The position numbers were made by a program, and so were the translations under genes. Of a DNA stretch of 64,000 nt, positions 9,151 to 16,363 are shown one piece after another. Location of the stretch: NCBI GenBank assembly GCA_024695815.1, contig JAILHK010000006.1, forward strand, positions 39,177 through 103,176, written 5' to 3'. The notes under the pieces are model-generated. The model made no database searches. It was not told the origin of the DNA and saw only the letters and a list, made by a program, of their open reading frames with translations. Source of the stretch: Prevotella sp. (GTDB taxonomy: Bacteria; Bacteroidota; Bacteroidia; Bacteroidales; Bacteroidaceae). Each line of letters starts with the position of its first letter. Positions within the stretch are counted from its first letter, which is position 1.

Positions 9151-9365
9151 TCATTGCTTTGATAATTCAATAATGTAATCAGCTCCTATCTCGCCAAGTA
9201 CAGCACCACCTAAGGCACCAACAACTCCTCCAACTAAACCACCAACGGGTCCGAAATAGCATCCAGCTAATGCACAGTATTTCGCGCCAACCATACTACA
9301 TGCCCATATGCTTGCTTCTGACACGGCAAACAAACAAAACAAATCAAAAACAGTTTCTTCTTCAT
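9151..9365 (-). pseudogene. remnant: signal-peptide start joined out of frame to a glycine-zipper C-terminal fragment
   Basis: ATG 9365 reads MKKKLFLICFVCL... (stop at 9267); a different frame encodes ...GAKYCALAGCYFGPVGGLVGGVVGALGGAVLGEIGADYIIELSKQ* (to 9151). Confidence 0.5.
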
Positions 9366-9414
9366 CTGTTATTTATAGTTATTTGTTTTAATTGGTGTGA
9401 TTAATATCTTGGTG

Positions 9415-9422
9415 CAAATGTA
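9415..9422 (-). promoter_or_regulatory. Bacteroidetes -7 promoter box
   Basis: TACATTTG on minus strand, 50 bp upstream of ATG 9365. Confidence 0.55.
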
Positions 9423-9700
9423 ACAAAAAAGAGAATACTAAAATCGAAAAAACAAAACAAATTTATAAGTCAAATAAGTCAAAGAACCTTTTTGACCAAT
9501 ATTTTGCATTCTCGTACGCAATATTTTTGTTTTTTCATCCCTCAATATTATGTCCTTTCGCCATTACCATGCACAACTTCATTACAAAATCATGAAGAAT
9601 TCTTGAAATCAGCAAGCGATATATGGATGCAGTTATCTCATAATTTCAAAAAGACAGGAATCGAATACTGTCTTAATTATTACAGTTCATTATTACTTAA

Positions 9701-9778
9701 AAGTAGAGTCCCTCTAAATCTAATACAAGCCTGGAAAATTTATTCTAGTTTTGTATTAGATTTAGAGGGACTCTACTT
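9701..9778 (-). terminator. long perfect hairpin downstream of the M16 peptidase operon
   Basis: 28-bp perfect inverted repeat 9701-9728 / 9751-9778, 7 bp after the stop at 9786; short T run follows on the minus strand. Confidence 0.55.
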
Positions 9779-9785
9779 ACTATTT

Positions 9786-11264
9786 CTATTTATTAAAACG
9801 TAGCAAGACGGATTCCAACTTCGCCTTGATGTCGGCATCGGGATATCCATAGGGTGTTGTACAAATGATTCTCAAATCGTAGTCTTTGAAAACCTCCTTG
9901 CAACAGTCCTGAATGTCCTGTTCACCGATTTCATACTGGAAGTATTTTTGTGCTAGATAATTCTTTAAAAGTGGTGTAGAATAGAGAAAATTGTCTTTGA
10001 TACATGAATGAGTATCCATAACTACATTTTCACGAAGATCTATCAATGCCTTTTGCTGAAGCTCCTTTCGTTTTTCTATCGACATCGTGTCTGGCTCAAC
10101 ATTCACCCCATTAAGCATGATATCATCCAGTTTCTTCGTAACATCATCTATGTAGTTCTTAAACTGACTCTCGTCTGCATACAGGTCTAGTCCAGCCACG
10201 AATTTTATATCAAAAAGAGGACTTTCAAAAAGCTTATCGTTTTCGTCCATAGACGACTCCACATATCCTTTAAAACAGGAACGGATATTATCACAAAAAC
10301 GTTTGTATATCACTGCTTTTCGAACGCTGCCCAGATTCTTTGTTTCTGATAGCGCTACACGGGGTTTCAAGAAAAGAAACTGAACGACAAACATTGGAAC
10401 ATCTTGTTTTACCATCAACAACTTATTGTCGATCAATTCATTTACACTTCTCTCAGGAGCAAGCAAACTTGGGCGACTGCCAAATTTTTGCTTTATCATA
10501 TCAACGATATTGGCAGGCGCTTTGCCAAACACATACAGGCACTGATTTTGTGGGGCATACCATTTCTGGTAGTATGCTTCCAACTGCTGAAGTGTAATAC
10601 TGCGAATACTCTCAACTTGTCTGTTAGCCCATTCGTCAGGAGTACATCCTTCAATAAATGCTGCTTTCAAAGACTCTTCCTCAGCCTTGGGAAAATCGTA
10701 TCTTCTATTATTGATTTCATTCACAAGAAGTTCCTTCTGGCGCTCCAACTCTGAAGAAGAGAAACGGGCATCCCCAGCAATTTCAGCCAACAAATTCAGA
10801 TACGACGCTACGAATGTTTTATCGTTTCTTAAGCGAAACAAATTATACTCCGTACATCTGTTTTCTATTTCTGAACAATAAGCAGAGACTCCAGGGACAA
10901 GACCATGAGCTGCACGAAACTGAGGGAGCCGTTGCAGTTGCAGTTCGTCGAGCTTATTCTTAAGCACACCGTTCGAACCTACAGTCAGATTCTCTGAGCA
11001 AAGCATCCTTTTTAATAAAAGTGATATACCAGGAATACCCCCTTCATCGTCGGTTCCCGATTTCTGGATGAGTCGTAGTTCCAGTTCGTTACTAGGATTA
11101 TCGTTATTACATATATAATAGCGGAAGCCATTGTCCAGAACGCCCTGGTAGATATTCGACGAGTCGGTCACGAGAATGTCCTCATACTTTACATCCTCTG
11201 ACTGCGCCAACGCCTGGATGGCGAAAGCACAAGCAATCGAAAATAATATAAGTTTTGTTTTCAT
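9786..11264 (-). CDS. M16 (insulinase/PqqL-like) peptidase homolog, catalytically degenerate
   Basis: Signal peptide; GVLDNGFRYYI, YYQKWYAPQNQ; the HxxEH position reads LLLKR. Confidence 0.8.
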   Translation of the reverse strand: MKTKLILFSIACAFAIQALAQSEDVKYEDILVTDSSNIYQGVLDNGFRYYICNNDNPSNELELRLIQKSGTDDEGGIPGISLLLKRMLCSENLTVGSNGVLKNKLDELQLQRLPQFRAAHGLVPGVSAYCSEIENRCTEYNLFRLRNDKTFVASYLNLLAEIAGDARFSSSELERQKELLVNEINNRRYDFPKAEEESLKAAFIEGCTPDEWANRQVESIRSITLQQLEAYYQKWYAPQNQCLYVFGKAPANIVDMIKQKFGSRPSLLAPERSVNELIDNKLLMVKQDVPMFVVQFLFLKPRVALSETKNLGSVRKAVIYKRFCDNIRSCFKGYVESSMDENDKLFESPLFDIKFVAGLDLYADESQFKNYIDDVTKKLDDIMLNGVNVEPDTMSIEKRKELQQKALIDLRENVVMDTHSCIKDNFLYSTPLLKNYLAQKYFQYEIGEQDIQDCCKEVFKDYDLRIICTTPYGYPDADIKAKLESVLLRFNK

Positions 11265-11299
11265 ATTGATATTCTTAAATCTATTATGATGGTATAAGA

Positions 11300-12751
11300 C
11301 TAATTATTATATTGTCTCAAAAGGGATTTCAGTTTCTCTGTAATCTCCTTTTCAGGATAATCATAAGGAAGGATACATTCTATCTTCATAGCAGACTTAT
11401 TAATGAACTTCTTGAAGTAATTCGAGACATCCTTACCACTGAGTACATACGACCAGTAAGCATCGGTATCTTCCTTCTTATAGAGTGGCAAAGAATAAAC
11501 GAAGCATCCATCAAATTGCATTAATGCAATGGAATTATCCCTACCATCTCCTTCTTGCAATTTTTTCATAGCTTTTACACGATGTGCCACAACTGTTTTC
11601 TTTTTAAGTGTATCTATGGGCATTGACACCTGAACACCGTTATTCTTAACATTATGCAAAAAAGCAGTCACACTATCAACAAGAGCAAGGAAGCCTCCGT
11701 CTGCTTCTTCTTCATTGATATTGCATGCAAAGTCCATCTCCAAAGTTAATCGTTCTAACGTCTGACAATTAATAGTCGAACTAAATGCTGTATTTCTGTT
11801 CTTCATCATATTATCACGCAGTGTGTTACATCCTTTTTCCAACGCAAAGCAGTCTCTGAAGAGTTTTATATTTTCTTTCTCCGACTGCGTCAGTAGAGGC
11901 TGTGTCATAAGTAGCATAATCTTACATTCTGCTTTTCCATGTCTTTCGATTACCAGATCATTCTTATTATAATCTATGGTTGTTGATGCTGGAGTAGGTA
12001 TAGCAGGGCGCTTACCGAACTTTCTTTTAATCATATCTTCAACACCCTCAGGGATATTACCCGATACCAGAAGACACTGATTCTGAGGATGGTACCATTT
12101 TCGATAGAACGTCTCTAGTTGAGACTGCGTAATCGATCTTACACCTTCCAACCTCATTTTCCGCCATTCGTCGGGATTATGTCCAAACTTGAAAACTGCT
12201 TCAAAAGAATCCATCACTCTTGAATAAAAAGTGTAATTCCTGTTTGAAACCTCGTTGAGCAATCTTTCTCTCTGCTCTTCTATGTCCATGGTACAAATAC
12301 TGGCACCACCTGCGATATCAGATAGTATATCCATACATGAATCAGCACGCGCCAGTTCAGGCTTCAAACCATACAAGTCAAATTTCATATAATTAGGAGT
12401 TGTATAAGCATTGAAGTCCTTTCCGTAGTCCATACCAAGCTTATTCAGATAACTCCTTAATGTATCTCCTGTAGCCATTACTCGATTGGCCGTCATCATC
12501 ATGTGCTCCAGAAAATGCGAAATCTCTGTTGTTTCGTCATCATAACACCCAGTTTTCTGCAGCAGACTCATCTGAAGATGATTCACTGGTTGCTTAATGA
12601 TGTAATACTGGAAACCATTGTCCAGCGTACCATGAATAACTCGAGAGGTATCTCTCAAAAGGAAATCCTCATATCTGAGATTCCCAGTTTTCGCCATTGC
12701 CTGAATTCCTAGAATACAGGCAAGAAAGACTAAAAGTTTCTTTCTCTTCAT
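11300..12751 (-). CDS. M16 (insulinase/PqqL-like) zinc peptidase
   Basis: Signal peptide; GTLDNGFQYYI, inverted zinc motif HFLEH, FNAYT, EQRERLLNE, FYRKWYHPQNQ. Confidence 0.85.
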   Translation of the reverse strand: MKRKKLLVFLACILGIQAMAKTGNLRYEDFLLRDTSRVIHGTLDNGFQYYIIKQPVNHLQMSLLQKTGCYDDETTEISHFLEHMMMTANRVMATGDTLRSYLNKLGMDYGKDFNAYTTPNYMKFDLYGLKPELARADSCMDILSDIAGGASICTMDIEEQRERLLNEVSNRNYTFYSRVMDSFEAVFKFGHNPDEWRKMRLEGVRSITQSQLETFYRKWYHPQNQCLLVSGNIPEGVEDMIKRKFGKRPAIPTPASTTIDYNKNDLVIERHGKAECKIMLLMTQPLLTQSEKENIKLFRDCFALEKGCNTLRDNMMKNRNTAFSSTINCQTLERLTLEMDFACNINEEEADGGFLALVDSVTAFLHNVKNNGVQVSMPIDTLKKKTVVAHRVKAMKKLQEGDGRDNSIALMQFDGCFVYSLPLYKKEDTDAYWSYVLSGKDVSNYFKKFINKSAMKIECILPYDYPEKEITEKLKSLLRQYNN

Positions 12752-12770
12752 AAGTTTTAGTTTTTATATC

Positions 12771-12932
12771 CTAATCGTTGGTTATAGATACACAGTGGTT
12801 GTGGAAAGAAGAGAAAAATCCCATCTTTCCATTTAGCAATCCGCAGTTTGACATGAAACTGGAGTACAACATCAATCGGCGTGCGATTGACGACAGCTCA
12901 GCTGACGCGCTAAGGTTTTTAATATTGGTCAT
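12771..12932 (-). CDS. small ORF, 53 aa (MTNIKNLSASAELSSIARRLMLYSSFMSNCGLLNGKMGFFSSFHNHCVSITND)
   Basis: Translated by hand; ATG with A-rich leader, between the promoter at 12978-13009 and the peptidase start 20 bp downstream. Confidence 0.45.
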   Translation of the reverse strand: MTNIKNLSASAELSSIARRLMLYSSFMSNCGLLNGKMGFFSSFHNHCVSITND

Positions 12933-12977
12933 TATTACTTTTGTTTATAGGTTGACTATTTAGTCATTGATTGGGTA

Positions 12978-13009
12978 CAAAAGTAGAAATAATTAAGGAA
13001 TCAGCCAAA
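12978..13009 (-). promoter_or_regulatory. Bacteroidetes -33/-7 promoter for the sORF-M16-M16 operon
   Basis: TTTG (13009-13006), 20-bp spacer, TACTTTTG (12985-12978). Confidence 0.7.
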
Positions 13010-13027
13010 TGTTTTTCCAATAAAAAA

Positions 13028-13055
13028 TCGAACATTTTCGAACATTTTCGAACAC
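13028..13055. repeat. 10-bp tandem repeat (TCGAACATTT x2.7), putative regulator binding site
   Basis: Directly upstream of the -33 box; a further GAACATT copy follows at ~13063. Confidence 0.6.
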
Positions 13056-13231
13056 GTAAAATGAACATTCGGCGAATTCTTCGATGAAACCGACATTTTT
13101 TGAAGCAAAAAGAAATCGCTATCAAGCACCTTTTTTATATAGAAAATCGAGAAATAAATGATGTTTTTTCTTTCCATCCCACCCCAAGCAAGCTCTTCAG
13201 CCATTTTTTAGTAACAAAAACCTCAAAAACC

Positions 13232-13355
13232 CGCTTCTGTTGTTGATGGTCCTTTGGCCCATCTGTTTGTTGCCAATGCTTCATCGAAGCCAAGCAAGCT
13301 TGCCTTCGCCGCCGCATTACCACCAAACCGCCTGACGGCTACAACAACAGAAGCG
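13232..13355. mobile_element. MITE-like element, 124 bp
   Basis: 14-bp perfect terminal inverted repeats CGCTTCTGTTGTTG/CAACAACAGAAGCG, flanked on both sides by direct repeat AAAAACC (13225-13231, 13356-13362). Confidence 0.5.
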
Positions 13356-13438
13356 AAAAACCAAGAAAACCGCCTACGGCTTGGTAAATATTAACTGTGA
13401 GTAAGGCTTTAGAATCCAGATAGGAAAGGACAGAATTA

Positions 13439-13467
13439 CTCCCTCCCTTGGGAGGGCCGGGGTGGGG
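13439..13467. repeat. REP-like GC-rich palindrome
   Basis: CTCCCTCCCTTGGGAGGGCCGGGGTGGGG, resembling a dispersed intergenic repeat I recognise from Bacteroidetes genomes. Confidence 0.55.
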
Positions 13468-13507
13468 TTCCCCCATTGGTTTTCAGGACCGAAGGTCCGT
13501 GGTTTTT

Positions 13508-13633
13508 CCTTTGTGAGACAGAAAGCCCCAGAAGGGGCATGGTGTCAGTGAGAAGCCTGATGTGAACTTGTTCACAAGAAGGATTACCACTGGCAACATG
13601 AAAATCTCGACAGAGATTTCTGGCTCACAAAGG
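13508..13633. repeat. inverted-repeat-bounded structured element, 126 bp
   Basis: CCTTTGTGAGACAGAAA ... TTTCTGGCTCACAAAGG (16/17 complementary) enclosing three small hairpins. Confidence 0.55.
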
Positions 13634-13762
13634 GGTATTTCTGTTTTTTTTCTATAAAACAAGCGAAAAATGAAAGGTCTCAGAAAGCTGCATTTATCGG
13701 TTTTTGTTCAACAAACACAGACTGAAGACGAACCACTAAGGCGGTGCCGATTGGACTGAGAC

Positions 13763-13799
13763 AAAAAATCGGGCTCCAAACCTTTTGGCTGGAGCCCGA
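13763..13799 (-). terminator. rho-independent terminator of the alpha-mannan PUL
   Basis: 10-bp stem TCGGGCTCCA/TGGAGCCCGA followed by T6 on the minus strand, ~30 bp after the GH43 stop. Confidence 0.75.
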
Positions 13800-13827
13800 C
13801 AAACATCGAGATATCGCTGTGCGATAG

Positions 13828-15075
13828 TTATCCTTTGACGATCTTTTTAGATTGATGACCGTGTTTATTCTGCACTTCGATGACATACAAGCCGGAAGGC
13901 ATCTGCGTGGCATCGACGATGATGGTGCCGGTGCCTGTGCCCTTGAGCATCTGCACGCCATTGGCATTGACCAGTCGCCATGTGTAGGGCTGACTGTCGG
14001 GGCTCTCTATGCGGTACATACCGGGAGCCTCGGTGGGCAGGAAGAGAAACTCGACGTCGGCCGAAGCTGTGACATTTTCGATACCTGCTGCATCGCCAAA
14101 AAGGGGCACCTCGGCCTCGGTAGAAGGCATGCTGCGCGCAATAGAGGGCCAACCGTCTTTTTTCCAGACAATGCGGTCGAGATAGGTGACACGACCCAGG
14201 TTGACATTGTCTGAAGGGAAGCCATGATAGAGCACCCAGGTCTGGCCGGCATCGTCTTCTACAAATTCGGAACAGTGGCCGGGGCCATAGACCTCAGGAC
14301 TCTTGTTGAGCAGAGGCGAGAAGTTGTCGCCTACAGCTGTGCGTCCGTTACGGTCGAGATAGGGTCCAAAGATATCTGTTGCACGCGTCATCACCAGTCG
14401 GTAGGTGCTGTTAGCACCCTCGCAACATGATCCTGCCGAGCCGATGAGGTAGAAATAGCCATCGTGCTTGACAATCATGGTGGCCTCAATCAGTCCGCCG
14501 GCAATCTTCTTGGGTGTGCAGCCCTCTTTGATGGCCAGTCCGTCTTCAGTGAGCTCTACGCCATAGATGTCGTGGAATGAGCCCCAGAACAGGTAGTTGT
14601 GGCCATCGTCCTGGATGAAGAAGGGGTCGATGCAGTTCTCAATGCCTACCTCGCTAGAGAGGAACAGTTTGTGGGCGCTGTGGAAACCACCGCCGGGGCG
14701 ACTGCTGACAGCCACGCCAATGCCGTTTTCCCAGGTCTTGCCCCACTCCGACTTGGAGTAGTAGAGCACATACTGGCCATTGATGTAGTTGATGTCGGGT
14801 GCCCAGATGCCACCATTAGGACAGTAGTCCATGGGGCGTGTAGCATCGGTAAAGGCCGTGCCGACATAGCGCCAGTTTACCAGGTTCGTTGAGCGGTAGA
14901 TGGGCACATTGTGCGTGTCTTCGGTGGCATACAGATAGAAATAGCCATCGGAAGCCTTGATAACGCTGGGATCGGGCAGACTGCGATTAATGACAGGGTT
15001 GTAATAGTAGTCTTGCGCCAGGCTGAGCGACAGCTGGCAGCAGACAAATGATAATGCAACAAAGAATCTTTTCAT
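13828..15075 (-). CDS. glycoside hydrolase family 43 with T9SS C-terminal sorting domain
   Basis: PDPSV, WAPD, IDPF, IEAT, GPGH five-blade propeller motifs; signal peptide; C-terminal GLYVIEV...KKIVK. Confidence 0.88.
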   Translation of the reverse strand: MKRFFVALSFVCCQLSLSLAQDYYYNPVINRSLPDPSVIKASDGYFYLYATEDTHNVPIYRSTNLVNWRYVGTAFTDATRPMDYCPNGGIWAPDINYINGQYVLYYSKSEWGKTWENGIGVAVSSRPGGGFHSAHKLFLSSEVGIENCIDPFFIQDDGHNYLFWGSFHDIYGVELTEDGLAIKEGCTPKKIAGGLIEATMIVKHDGYFYLIGSAGSCCEGANSTYRLVMTRATDIFGPYLDRNGRTAVGDNFSPLLNKSPEVYGPGHCSEFVEDDAGQTWVLYHGFPSDNVNLGRVTYLDRIVWKKDGWPSIARSMPSTEAEVPLFGDAAGIENVTASADVEFLFLPTEAPGMYRIESPDSQPYTWRLVNANGVQMLKGTGTGTIIVDATQMPSGLYVIEVQNKHGHQSKKIVKG

Positions 15076-15111
15076 TATATTAATTTAAGGGGGAGTTAAG
15101 AAATGGAAGCC

Positions 15112-15137
15112 GAAGGGGAATGATGTGTTTCCCCTTC
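15112..15137 (-). other. intergenic stem-loop (mRNA stabiliser or weak terminator)
   Basis: GAAGGGGAA-N8-TTCCCCTTC between the SusE-like gene and GH43. Confidence 0.45.
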
Positions 15138-15164
15138 AACTCCCAATTATACTCCAGTTAGAAC

Positions 15165-16319
15165 TTACTCGAACTCGAGGTGCAGGTCGTCGGCCAGCAG
15201 GATGAGCTTCAGGGTGTGGACACCCTCGGCCTCGGCAGGTACCTGCCACTTGTTATCAGAGCCGCCCTGTGTGCGAGGACCGTCGATGCCAAGCTCGGTC
15301 ATGGGGTTGGCACCATTTGAAGGTGCGAAGAAGAACTGACCACCGTAGTCGCTCTCCAGACCAATCTTGAACATACCTTCAGAGCCATCCTTTGCAGAGT
15401 GGAACTCGCCTGTCCAGGCATAGATCCAAGGCTCGCGCAGACCGCCAACCATCTCGAAGAGACCAGCTGAGTTGTTGGGGTTCCAACCTACTGAGCATCC
15501 GTCGCCCACAATCCAGATATGGCCGGGACGTGGCAGTTTGACCATCTCGACGATGCGACAGTCGTTATAGCCGTCGTTCAGGTCGATGATCATGGTGCGC
15601 TCGCCAGAGGCGGTGGTTGAGAAGGGCTCATAGGCACCATCATTCACATACTTCATCTTCTCGCCGCCATCAAGTGCATAGACAGGATACTCGTCGGTGG
15701 CACTGGTGCCGAAGACAAAGGTAGAAGGTGTCATGACTGCATTGTACTGGTAGATGCCCGAACCGGTCTCTACCTGCTCCAGACGCTCGGTCTTTGTAGC
15801 ACCTGTGGCATTGTCGGTGATGCGGAGGTAGAGGTAGGTGGGGAACTTCTCGTAGCAGGTGACCCAGAAGTTTGTTTCAGACACTACGGGCTTGACAAAC
15901 TTCTGCTCGTTGAACACGTAGCACAGCAGCTGGGCAGTCACCTCGATGGGCATATCGGGGTGGATCCAGCGCGACACGATGTTGTTGAGCTCATTATGAG
16001 TGAAGCTCTTGGTAGTGCCATTGCCCATGGGGATGGTGTCAGAGATATGCTCGGTCTTAGAAGCGGGATCGTAGAAGCGCAGGAAGTAGGCCACAGAGTC
16101 GTTGGCAGACAGAGGACTCTTGACAGCATCCCAACTGAAGGTAACGGCTGTGGCTTCGCTCTGAGACTTGTCGAGCTGGATGCGCTCCTGAGAGCATGTA
16201 AGGTTCATCTTCATGCTGCCAGACACGTCGGGCACCTGATAATAGGTGGGGTCTTCATTACATGAGGCCAGCATGGCAAACATGCAAACGATACTTGCGA
16301 AACTAAATATCTTTTTCAT
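15165..16319 (-). CDS. SusE/SusF-like surface glycan-binding lipoprotein
   Basis: Lipobox LASC; AVTFSW and SFTHNELN SusE-like N-domain; follows SusD; ATG 16319 preferred. Confidence 0.8.
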   Translation of the reverse strand: MKKIFSFASIVCMFAMLASCNEDPTYYQVPDVSGSMKMNLTCSQERIQLDKSQSEATAVTFSWDAVKSPLSANDSVAYFLRFYDPASKTEHISDTIPMGNGTTKSFTHNELNNIVSRWIHPDMPIEVTAQLLCYVFNEQKFVKPVVSETNFWVTCYEKFPTYLYLRITDNATGATKTERLEQVETGSGIYQYNAVMTPSTFVFGTSATDEYPVYALDGGEKMKYVNDGAYEPFSTTASGERTMIIDLNDGYNDCRIVEMVKLPRPGHIWIVGDGCSVGWNPNNSAGLFEMVGGLREPWIYAWTGEFHSAKDGSEGMFKIGLESDYGGQFFFAPSNGANPMTELGIDGPRTQGGSDNKWQVPAEAEGVHTLKLILLADDLHLEFE

Positions 16320-16363
16320 AACGTTCTTTCTTTGATGTTGTATTAAAACTGGTACACTCATGA

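Noticed and set aside
9701-9778. Integron attC site
   Set aside because: No RYYYAAC/GTTRRRY ends, no extrahelical bases in the stem, no integrase, single copy
9492-9803. 103-aa plus-strand ORF
   Set aside because: TTG start, runs through the 28-bp hairpin, opposes the operon direction, no motifs
13001-13326. Short minus-strand ORFs 13001-13204 and 13135-13326
   Set aside because: They overlap the promoter, repeats and MITE-like element, with no coding signature
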